Of a stretch of DNA of 64,000 nt, positions 12,201 to 22,289 are shown in pieces; position 1 is the stretch's first letter; each line of letters starts with the position of its first letter. The stretch is taken from assembly GCA_973895155.1 (NCBI GenBank), contig OZ316897.1, positions 1,576,515-1,640,514 on the forward strand, read 5' to 3'. The notes under the pieces were generated by a model, which did not search any database, was not told where the DNA came from, and worked only from the letters and a program-made list of their open reading frames with translations. This DNA comes from Marsupella aquatica. Lineage: Eukaryota; Plantae; Marchantiophyta. A program made the position numbers and the translations under genes.

Positions 12201-13298
12201 TCCACAGCATTGATGACGGAGCGTACCTGTGCTGGCTGGGTGATAGGTGGTGGGGTTTGGCTAGGCTGCGGTTGAGGCTGAGGCTGAAGCTGAAGCTGAG
12301 GTTGAGGCTGGGGTTGCATGGGCACGGGTACGGGTACGGGTACGGGTACGGGTGAGTTGGTCATGTTGGTTGATGGCCGAGTTCCCATGAAGCTCTGCAG
12401 GTGCTGGTAGAAGTTCTCCGAAGCGAGTGTGGACGCCCTTGTCGAACGGTTGGTACTGGACTCGCCGTTAATGACAGCCCGAACCTGGGCAAGGATGTGG
12501 TCGAAGTGATGTCGCTGCAGGTCGATTGTACCCGAGATATTGAAGACCTCGTCCGGAAGCCGAAGCAATGCTTCCCAGAACCCGATATATTTGTCTCCGT
12601 TGAAGAAGTACCCAGATACCTCAGCTGGTCGGTAAAGCTTGCTCTGAGACGGGTAGTCAAAGTTAAGGACGTAGTGGTGTTGTCCTGCTAGACGGATGGC
12701 TCTCTCGTATTCGCGTTCGATCTCGTATCGGCGCGGGTTGGCGTGTTTCAATGAATCGGCCAAGTGCCTTCCGGTAGATAGGAACTGCGTCCAGAATCGA
12801 ATGGCCGAGCTGGAGAGGATCGTGTGCGACATTCAGAGGAGATAGTAGTGGCGACCTAGCGAGAACGAGAGAGCTGGGGTCGAAGCTGGCGCGCGGACTG
12901 ATGGACTGGTGCACTACAAAGGGTTGGCTCCCTTTTTATACTTTGAGGGCTTGTCGATCCCCGACGTCTCCTCGACGCCCATAGGTTGAACCGCTCACGC
13001 TTGTGGTGTACCGGCCACTCCGCCGGTCTGAGTCAGCGTGCGTCAGTGGCCACTTCCTTAAGTTCGTTATACGGACCCGAGGGAGGGGCCCCTCCACGCT
13101 CGTAATCCGGGTGTGCGAATAGCGACCCGCCGCCAGCCCGAACCTGAAGTCCCCCTTATTGCCTAATGATGTCCTACCCCTAATGATTACCTAAATACTG
13201 TCGTTATGCTAATAATAGCGGCCTAAGACCCACCTAACGCGCGTGCCGAGCGCAGTTAGACTGAATCACTCATTAACCGCCGTACCGGCGGCGTCACA
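9273..13298 (-). mobile_element. Gene-carrying solo-LTR-like element (4026 bp) nested in element A
   Basis: Termini TGTCACGTCG...CGGCGTCACA; flanks CTCTG/CTTTG; TATA-like TATAAAAAGG on minus at ~12940; conserved hairpin at 9443-9456. Confidence 0.85.
10343..12832 (-). CDS. 829-aa protein: PQ/PV repeats, Transposase_32/PMD-like domain, C-terminal coiled coil
   Basis: Uninterrupted ORF. GFEHLTSLPW..EFVKNYD..LT..LKMIFGLPEG..NGF..RTC..PEIAE..EF.R..LH..PRGEIS aligns with 47779-48582. The coiled-coil frame continues past the TAG to ~10172, so the stop may be premature. Confidence 0.75.
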   Translation of the reverse strand: MSHTILSSSAIRFWTQFLSTGRHLADSLKHANPRRYEIEREYERAIRLAGQHHYVLNFDYPSQSKLYRPAEVSGYFFNGDKYIGFWEALLRLPDEVFNISGTIDLQRHHFDHILAQVRAVINGESSTNRSTRASTLASENFYQHLQSFMGTRPSTNMTNSPVPVPVPVPVPMQPQPQPQLQLQPQPQPQPSQTPPPITQPAQVRSVINAVDLSDDDEATPPLTRRPRGTSARGADTISSPPPALTPGAAPADNIVTVAAPGPLPTAVALPRPDREDGEVSPSPSQSRGKRRKESATASGLPLATVAVAKLTMHRMGENVHSNILHPKHAVYLKTQGFEHLTSLPWNTCRYYGEDMTEFVKNYDDVRQQTRLRGRNMSLTEERLKMIFGLPEGDHRVESRAPGGKGAKYQSSSFPSEGSVDNGFVMRTCLMPEIAERLEFQRYALHMMEPRGEISAAQVIQVENYQPRKWASYFAKKFHEEMERRRKTLYIGGKAYFASHIEIILEWYARFDRRTLPRINVTKLVPARWVFPALERRPQPEARSPVDTPASPTLPPQIAVIVTEEAPEGSVVATVDATQLAGLSTEVGTAEVLPKPGSPKDPPVAIPENWTSLQEDTLAPSHVMSPGLDVTAPAPTRVDVCPCPNPDRHNLDHPELFVQGTFLNGLLGDFSHQIARDTGEFMARKVACFFNQELVAAVKAGRAQSEALQRIERYRVESVYLKNEVAAQEAELLQLRPKVAAADELLAKAYALIALAEQAKAGNEAEITRLRNQIDSLKKQAVTWQKDLEEAEERAQRDATEIATLQAEMARLQTEAEKQDQLAGKLTSDA

Positions 13299-13376
13299 CT
13301 TTGTTAACCACTAAAAGTTGAATTGTTTTAAATTTTTGCACTTTTTAATTTCCTTAGTTATAACCATGGTATCACA

Positions 13377-15816
13377 CCGTTGTATGTACAATGGACCGCG
13401 CCTGATTGTTCACTGCGGTTTTTGCACTAGACCCAAAGTTACGAAGCACCCTACTTGTGGCACATTGCAATCCTGAGCTGCGGAGGCAGTTTTTCCACCT
13501 AACAAGTGTTAACGACGACCCGGTCAAACAATGGTGTCATACTTGGATCACTTGGAATAGTGTAGAGGGAATTGTTGTCGGCATGCATGTTACATTCATG
13601 TCTGCGTGAAGTAGAGCAAACCATGCCCGCGACTAGATTGGAAGAGTGGAATTGTGGTTTGTTTGATGATCTCGTTCAGTTTGTTACAAATGAATTCAAG
13701 AGATATGGTGATTCTGTGAAGAGTAAGTTCTTTCCCACTATGTGGCTTTCAAAGTATCCAGACAAAGAAGGCTACACCCAGAAAAACCAGAAGCGCGCGG
13801 GCTAAAAGGTATCTGTACAGGTTCTACATGCACATGGAGGTAACCAAACCTGGTTACTTCTGGGCATGTCCTACAACTTTCATGAAGTGGATTACAATAA
13901 GCGAGGATGATGCCATAGCTGATTCGTATTCCATGTACCCATCGGAGGGCATATTTCCTCCGAGACCTATGATAGAATGGGAGAGAACTCACTGCCCATG
14001 GTATCTAGCTACAGATAGATGGGATTCGCCTTTTGATCAAAGGGAGAAGGATGCATTCCATAAGCTTTCACAGTCCCAGATTCCAGCAAAACTTGTGTCC
14101 GACATGAAGCAAGGCCTGCTAGACGATGTGGACAAGTCTACCACAGACTTGCAAAGTATTTGTGAAACAACTATTGTTCATGTAGACCGCAGTTGCAAAC
14201 CTCGAGCAAAAGCAAGAGCGGAGTTAGCAGCACCAAGCGAGTCAACTAAATCTGGGAGGAAAAGTGAGTATTTAGTTCCATAATTTGGCCAGCGCCTGGC
14301 GCTGGCTAAAATTGTTTGCAAATTCATATTTCTTTCTTGATTCTGAGACCGTTGTTGAGCCCTAAGTGATTTTCATTTGGTTAGCGCCTGGCGCTAGTTT
14401 GTTTGAATACTAAGGAATTACTTATTCTAACTATGACCTACTGGTAATTTAGGAGGGAGGAAGTCTAATACTGCGGGAACAGGAGATACTAAAGTGGATG
14501 CTACACCTGAAGTTTCTGAAGCAAACACGGGAGCTCAATCGGACCCCATTACTCCTGTCGACAAAGGGAAGGTAATAGTTCCAATCAACGCCACAAGTAC
14601 CAGGAAGAAACAAAAGAGAGCTATCAAAGGTGGACCTTCTTCAAGGGAGAGTGTTGCAGCAACTAGTCTCCAACGTGAAGTTGGAAACTTCAAGAGTACA
14701 ATGTCACGTCATTGTATGGTTGGGACAAGCCTATTTGAATTTTTTGACTCAACTGTCAACAAGGAGGAAAAACCTGAATGGGTTAGTAATGTGGAGAAGT
14801 GGGGGAAGGATCTCGTTAAGTCGGGATATAAAGAGAAGGGTGTTGTGCGGGGCGGAAAAGAAAGATCGTTTGGAGTGGATGCGGGCTTCATTTACCTACC
14901 CACTGGGTTCAAACCAACGATCATAGATAAGAAGGTTCCTAAATGGAACATTCCAGATCACTCCATGGCTAGATCTTTTTCCAAATCCATGGATCCATTT
15001 TTATCATATGATGGGTTCTTTGCAATTCTACACAATGGGGAGTACGATCCCATGTCCCAAGTCATTGCTGCCTATCAAGAGTCGAGAAAATTTAAGTGTA
15101 TATGCATGCATAATGTTGTAATGTCTGTCCCGATGTACACGGCAAAGACATACCGTCAAGTAATTATCTACTTTTTACTATTTCCCATTTTGAGTTATAT
15201 ATTGTGTAACCTGGAGTTGCCAACTGACACTTCGGATTTCTTTCCGCAGATGTTTACCCTCAGGCTGGACATATTTGGTCGAATTAATGGGAAATGTAAA
15301 ATTCCCAAAGACCCTAAATTCCGTCCACTCTCCATCAGTGAGGACCACTCGGTCACCAATTTGATTGGACTCCCTTCTCTAAAATCCGATCCATTCCCAC
15401 AAATGGAGTTTTCTAGAAATGCTCGACTGTCTGTCGGGTTCATGCAATTTGTCATCGAGCTTGTCATCCGACCTTGTGATATTTTTATGGATTGGACCGC
15501 TGGGGCTGGAAGCTCCTTCATTGCAGGAGACTTCTCCGGGTTTGTACTCGGTATAGAACATAGAAAAGAATTTATTGAAACCACTTCAAAGGTTTTCATG
15601 GATTTATTGTCTCCCAAGGAGATTGCGGTTTTACCTCCACCTGTTCCTGCTACCAACAGAAAGAAGCGAGATAAGCTTTGGTCGGTTCTCAATTTTGATT
15701 CTGATGATGAGTCCAGTGAAGGTGGAGAGGAACAAGGTACATGGGACTCGGAGGAGGAAAAGGAAGAGCCTCGTGGATCTCCTGATGAAACCGATAGTGA
15801 TGACTCTTTCGAGTAA
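13377..15816 (+). pseudogene. Intron-containing beta-class N4-cytosine/N6-adenine DNA methyltransferase-like gene, 5'-truncated and frameshifted upstream
   Basis: C-terminal FVIELVIRPCDIFMDWTAGAGSSFIAG..VLGIE.RKEF matches motifs X-I-II (PGDxVLDPFxGSGST..IGIE). VDAGFIYLPTG at 14875 sits where motif IV (DPPY/DLPYG) is expected, followed by FLSYDGFFAI. Introns ~14264-14452 and 15160-15249 (GT..AG, 90 bp). Confidence 0.7.
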
Positions 15817-16011
15817 TGTTCATAAAATTGTAAGCTTCTTTCTCCATTCCCGTCAATTTATAATAGTTCTGTGTTGTTTTGGATACATGCACCTACTGTG
15901 CTGGATTTCATTTCATCAGGTCAGAATGGAATGCGAGGAGACGTTTCAAACTCCCAAGGAGGGTTGTCAGACACAACATAGAAACACCAGAAAAACCTTT
16001 TGTTCTTCCCT

Positions 16012-19000
16012 TGTAGTATCACACTAGGGACATAAATAAACATTTAAGATCCAAAACTCGGTATTCGTTCCCATGGAAGAACATGTAAGGAATGATTTTC
16101 TATGATTTAGCACTTTTGAATGACTTAAGTAACAAAAACACAAAGGTGAGCCTTTTACTATGGTTGCTCAGCAAAGCATAGATTTGAATGTCTGTTTGAC
16201 ATTGTAAATAAAATTAACAAATGGAAGCAATTAACAAAAAACAATGAAAATCTTGAGGTATGGTGAGGGAGTTAGGAAACAACCAAGGTGACTCCTCACA
16301 CATAACTTCATTTGAGATGATTTAAGGTATTGAACTTGTAAGAACATTTCTGGAATGGAATACTTTACTGGGATGGTTGTTAGGGTGCCGTTTACACATC
16401 TCAACCTTTCCTTCCAAGGTACTAAGTTAAGATTAACAACCAATCACTTCAGCATCCAATCGGTACTTTGTGTCACAAATATCAAGCACCATCATCAACA
16501 ACTTAAAGTCACAGGTAATTGGGTGATAACATTCTTTGCACCTCGTGCACAAGCAATGTTATGCCAAAAACATATGCATCAAGAACTCAAGAATGTATAG
16601 CCTTCACCAATTAAGGAATCTATCTCTACACATTCAAAAGATTCATCAATCACAAAGTTTTACTTCTCTGGTCTGAAATCTCAATCATTCAAACACAAGG
16701 AAGGGGGAGAAATTCTCTGTATTAAGTACTCATCAACAACATAGAGTGCTTGCTACAAATGGAGGTAACAAAGTTGCAGACTTCCAACTGAGCGCTCATG
16801 AAATTTCTTCACACTAAAAGTGACAGAAATTCAACTACATATAGGGTAGGAGGAACCAAAGGGAAAAAGATAATGAAAGGACATGCCCTTTCTTATCTCA
16901 AGGATCATGGGTAAAAGTAAAATAATAAAATCGTACTACAAAAGTACCCAAGGTTCACTGGAATGTTCCTGGAATGAAAAGCTAACTAAAAGATATTTCA
17001 GGTGTTAACTATTGTAAAAGTGAATTTGTGGTAAAACTAATGAATAAGGGTTTTATCCAAATTTTAATTTCTAAACTAAAAATCATAAAAAGGTGAGACT
17101 TTGCTGAAGTGGTCTCTGATGTATATTCTTTATGCTGGCAAAATATGAGACTTTTCTGAGGTGCCGAAGTGTCTCAATAAAATAGTTAAAAGTGTTAAAA
17201 ATGTTACAGAAAACGAAAATCGGAAAATTTTCTGAGTGCTGGGCGCATGCGCGCATAAGCTCATTAGCGCTTTCGCGTCTAAGCAGAAAACAACAAAACT
17301 AAAATATTTTTAATTTTCAAACCACAGGTCGGTTTGAGTTGAGATTTTGAGGGTAGGTTCTACTACGCAAGGGCTATCTCCTGGAAAAGTATGAGACTTT
17401 TTTTACTACTTTAAATATTTAACTAAAATTGCGTAGATCTATATAACTTAACTATGGTCGCAGTAGAGCTAATCTTGTTGGAGTAGTGTCGTCGGATCTG
17501 GTTGCTGTGCTCTGGTGTAGGTGTTGGTCTGCATAGCTTCTCGAATAGCATCCATATCTTGAGTGTGATGCCGATAGAAAGGTAGAGACTTCCGCTGTCG
17601 TTCAAGATCAAGTACGGGAAGAAGCCTCCGATGTAGCATGGTATTTACCTTGCTAGCTTGCATGTAAATACCAATGAAGTCGTAAGTGCAGCAAGTAGCA
17701 TGTTAGTTTTGAGGAAACTTGGCCATGAATACCTCGGAGTCTCTGGCAAATGGTAGGAATGAAGTAACTCTAGGTAGGAGTTCACGCCACTTCAGAGTAT
17801 ACTCTGTTAATCGCTGAGAAGTAATGTTATTCCAAATCCTCTGCTTCTCAGGTATTGGAGTAACAAATCGTTGGAGGACAACAGGCTGGACTGGAGAAGC
17901 TTCATGATTCATCTGAAATCTCCACTTGGTTTGTCTTAAGAAGACAATGATGAACTCCAGGACATAAGCAGGTAGATTCCCGAAATAAGCTAGAGCCAGA
18001 TCTCCATTCTCCAATATAAGGTGTCCAACGAGGATCATGACAGCGAGAACAGGGCAAAAATACTCAGCCTCTGTCCAGATCTCATCCATCTCTGCTATCT
18101 CCAAGCGAGTGACATCTAGCAAATGAAGTTTCAAGATATAAAGGCATTCAACTCTCTTTTTATGGTAATATTTCCAAAACTCTAAAATAGGAGGGGATCT
18201 AAGGTCTGAGACTCTAACAAACTCAGCAAACTGTTTAATACTTTCCTGAGGGGTTTTTGGATCGATATGCAGAGTAGGGATAAAATTGACTTGGCATGAC
18301 TTGTCTTGACTGGGTGGAAGAGTGTCAGGGAAAGAAATGGCAAGATATGCATCTGTAGGAGTGATCTCAGGTTCTGGAAAACTAGGGAAAAGTTGGTTTG
18401 GTTGGTTTGAAGGACTATAAGGAGAAGTAGGTGAATGGCTAGAAGGAGAACTAGAATAAGAAATGGGAGAGCCTGATGCTGAGGTATGATAGCGAACTGC
18501 AGAATAAACTTGCTTGGTGTTGCAGCCAAACATCTGAGTGAATCTGTGGACGAGATCTTCACAGTATTCCAAGTGCTGGTCGTGGCTTGAAATACGTGAT
18601 AATCGATACATAACCTCATCTAATACTTCGATCAAATGACCGGGATCACACTCCAACATCTTGCAAATCTCACCTACAAGATTAAAGTAATACTCAGCTG
18701 AATGTCGGGGTGAAGTATTCACAATTTGTTGAAGATCTGTTCTCAGTGGTGGTAATCTCTCATCCATTGGGGATTCCATGATAGTGTCGGGATTCTCGAT
18801 ACCTATCAGAGAAAGGTGATGTGTAGTTCTAGGGGCTTTTGATTGTCCTTCGGTGAATGGATGTTTTGATTGGTTAGGACTCTGGGTGGGTGAATAAATG
18901 GAAGTGGGACTGTATGGAGTAATACAATTATAGGCTGGCGAGGGTTGAGTAACAAAAGCAGTTCTTAATCTATCTACAATAGGGAGGATTTCTTCTGGAT

Positions 19001-20480
19001 CACAAGTCAGCATTCTAGATAAACTGTCTACTATATCCTGATTAAAAATAGCCTTCCCATCATCAATCAATTTCTCTGGATGATTGTGTTCACTGGCAGG
19101 GATAACAGGGAGAGGAGAGTGGTCGGTCGGACTACTATTAGTATGGTAAGGTGTAATCTCAACGTGAGGATTAATATCCTCATCCATAAGTTCCAGAGCA
19201 GGTGGTATAATTTCTTGATGACTGGCTTCTGATGTTTCCTCCATTCTCAGATCATCGAGTCTCGAATCAGCCTCTGAATGTTCCACATCTAATTCCTCCA
19301 ATAGTGCAATCCTTTCAAGCTTTTCCTGTGGGAGTAGACAGTCTCCATACCAGTAAAGCTGATTGAGGTAAGCTGGGAGGTATGTAGGCTTTTCATTCTG
19401 TACTGCATTGATTTGACTGAGGATGGTGTGCCTCAGTAACAATCCCCAATTAACTTCAGCAAGTCCCTTCCATGAAGTAACAAATGTGTTCACCAAAGAT
19501 ACAGGTACCATGTAAGGTCGAGTGGGATGGAAAATCGGCACTAAAAACTCAAGGATAATTTTGAAGATATAATCAATACATTGATTTAGCTTCCATCCAG
19601 CTTTCGTATTTCTCGTCCCAGCGAACATTGGATCAGATAGAGTACTCTTTCTAGATTGTAAACCACAGCCTTCTGATGGACAACTAAAAGCGTCGGCCAA
19701 AAATTCCAAGTCCCATTTTTTGGGATCTGCTCGAATAGTCTCCTAAAAAGCTTCTGGAATCTGAGACTCATCAGCGAACTCGCGCAAGTAGGTAGGACAC
19801 ACAGAAGACCACGGAATGGATAGAAGTTTTCCCAAGTGCATAACTTCTAGAGCATCGGTCAATAACATCAAATCCCTTTCCAGTGCGGGGTACTTCACAG
19901 GTACAGCTTTCAGAACAAGGGAATCGCCACTCATCTCCTCCACGCCCGCCATGGCAAGTTGTAGTCACGGTTCTTGGAATTTGATTCACTATTGCCACAG
20001 AAATCTAAGTCGCAAAACGTTAGGGCGTATTGGCGTGATAGCGCATGAGCGTATAAATGCCACAGCGCTCAAGCGTTTCTGCGTATGGGCGTTAACGTCG
20101 AGGCCTTTGGTAGAAAACAGGGAAGTGAAAATATTCGTCGCGAGCAGGTGGTCTAGTAAGTCACTCTGTCACTCCCTCCTCGTTGTCAACGGTTACTTTC
20201 GGTTTCCGGTAGGGTGGGGTGCGTATAAGCGTCTGGGCGCATCAGCGCATAAACGCCTATGCGTCTCAGCGCGTAAGCGTATAAGCTGCTACTGTGACTC
20301 TGATTTGACATGGCTGTAAAAGGAACTAATTTTAGGAGACTACAGGGATGTACTTGAGGATGGCTTAACTACTCTAATGTTCCTAATTAATATAGATAAC
20401 CCGAGGCGAATCACTACTTATCTCAAAAAGTTGAAAATTTTAAAGTTTTCACAGAAATTCTGAATTACCGCTATATCACA
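16012..20480 (-). mobile_element. Gene-carrying solo-LTR-like element B (4469 bp)
   Basis: Termini TGTAGTAT...ATATCACA; exact TSD TCCCT (16007-16011 and 20481-20485). Confidence 0.85.
17469..19952 (-). pseudogene. Element-B ORF (~820 codons), Transposase_32/PMD-like domain plus Ser/Pro-rich region
   Basis: 19743-19952, 17703-19709 and 17469-17663 share a frame separated by single stops; LLSIPW, GWKLNQC, LEFLVPIFHPTRP, VNWGLLL and PTYLPAYLNQLY motifs. Confidence 0.75.
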
Positions 20481-21163
20481 TCCCTCCTATGCAGAGAGCC
20501 GCAAGAAAAGCCGAGAGTACAAGGACGCTTTGTTGGGAAAACAAAGGTCTTCGGTTATGAAGGGATGTTGAGAGGAAGTTCATTAAACATCCTTATGTTG
20601 ATGACTTCTCCCGTAGCCAGTACATAGATGATGAGACTGTGTCCATAGACAAATCCCAGAGTACAAATTCTAGTTCAGAATCAGAATCTTTAGAATTGTG
20701 AGACGTATTTAGGAAGTTTTGGTGGGATTTTTTACCAGTGCCAGGCGCTAGGATAAACTTGTATTCAGTTCCTCTGTTGTGGGTCCGTATAAATTGATGT
20801 CGCATTATTTGTGTTTTTTACAAGTGCCTGGCGCTCGCCAAATGATGATTCATAGTTGGAATATTTCCTTCTTTTATTGGTGTGTCATTTCTGTTTGGTC
20901 TTTGTCGTGTCCTACCAACGGTCATCATAATGAAACAAACAGTAGGCAGTACATAGTATAATATATGTTTTGGATAGCAACGGCCATTTGGTTTGTGTCC
21001 ATTAGTTTGCCAAAGCAAACCCCCATGGACTGTAAGTGCTAGTGGATACCCCAACCTTTCACGAACAATTTCTTCACGAACGACAGTTTTCGGACCTTTC
21101 GCGGACGAGGGTTTTCGCATTTTGTGAGAGGGGAAGTTGACATTTGTTCTGGCCCTATTCAAC

Positions 21164-21694
21164 ATGGCGAGAAACGATGAGTTGATGGATTGGGAGGCAG
21201 CGTTCCTTCCTTCTCGTGTTCGACCGAAAGAGAGTCATTTAAGCTCTTTCGAGTCACGGATTGAGATTGAAGAGTCTGAAACCTCCACTTTTTGGAACCG
21301 TCACGCTCTACCATATGATGAGGCTATTAGTCCTGGAGAGAACAACATCCCATGGATCATGATTCTCCTCCGCTCCCATTTGCAAGCAGGTTCTCGTCTC
21401 ATCAGGCCATTCCTGTTGATGGTGTACTGCCAATCAACAAGAGAGTTCAAGAAATGTTTGGGCGAGTTGACTTTAAGGGCAGTAAAATTCCGAATGAAGG
21501 TTTCACGAGGGCAGTGCATCCGGGACCTTCTGAGAGATATATTTGATTGCGTGGTCTTGGATTCAAGAAAGATCGGAGGAGAGAAGCGGCAGGACTGGAG
21601 GATGATTGCAACTCTGAAAGCTACACACGATCGTCAGATTTGTTGGGACTACGGTTTTACACAAAGAACGATGTTACATTGTTTGGTTTGGTGA
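21164..21694 (+). CDS. Hypothetical protein, possibly exon 1 of the downstream phosphatase-like gene
   Basis: 176-codon ATG ORF upstream of the FCP1-like exons; no recognisable domain. Confidence 0.35.
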   Translation: MARNDELMDWEAAFLPSRVRPKESHLSSFESRIEIEESETSTFWNRHALPYDEAISPGENNIPWIMILLRSHLQAGSRLIRPFLLMVYCQSTREFKKCLGELTLRAVKFRMKVSRGQCIRDLLRDIFDCVVLDSRKIGGEKRQDWRMIATLKATHDRQICWDYGFTQRTMLHCLVW

Positions 21695-22289
21695 TCACTT
21701 TAGGCTAGCGCCGAGCGTCAATGCTTATGTTCTTTTGGAGGTTTTAGGACGGAGTTCACCTCGGCTTAGTTGTTAGGGTTTTTCCTCGGTTGTTGTCTTA
21801 AGTAAACACATGTTTTTTCAAGCAGCTGTTGGCTAGCGCCGAGCGCTGCTTTTGTTTTATTGGCAATCCTCAACTAGGGTTGACCGTGGCTTCTGTATAT
21901 CAGACTTCTAGGCCTGCAGGTTTTCACTTATAATTGAATTTTTAGGACCTGCGCCGAGCGTGTTTTGTACTTTGCGATTATATATGATAATTTTATTTTC
22001 CCCCTGCGCATTTTGACATATTTTGGCCTCAAATTTTGTTTGTCTCAATTGTGAGTCGGTTTTATGGGTTGTCAACTACATGTTTCTATTTTGTCCAAAT
22101 TCCTTCCTCCCAACTGTGGTCGTCTTACTTTCTATACCAGTAGTTTCAAACGCATATTTCATCCCCATTTTTCAATATCACTGTTCACTGCTAGCCAAAC
22201 ACTATTCATTGGTAACAGTTTCTTTTTGCTGATGATAGTAACTGTTTGCTGGTACTATTATCTGTTTGCTGGTACTATTATCTGTTTGC

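Larger units (their letters stand above)
6162..13376 (-). mobile_element. Gene-carrying solo-LTR-like element A (about 3.2 kb without the nested insert)
   Basis: Ends TGTTAAGG...GGTATCACA; both terminal regions resemble those of 16012-20480 (AAAAGTTGAA..TTTTAAA..TTT.CAC; TAA.A.C.AAA..GTTCCC). Flanks CTAAG/CCGTT do not match. Confidence 0.6.

Noticed and set aside
13367-13378. PBS-like TGGTATCACACC
   Set aside because: Mismatched to TGGTATCAGAGC and better explained as element A's terminus (TATCACA, as in element B).
6162-20480. Elements A and B as paired LTRs of one retrotransposon enclosing the MTase
   Set aside because: They are highly diverged from each other, and B has its own TSD.
16080-20481. 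Alternative element-B boundary with an ACAT overlap suggesting recombinase-type insertion
   Set aside because: An exact 5-bp TSD (TCCCT) with a TG start exists at 16012.
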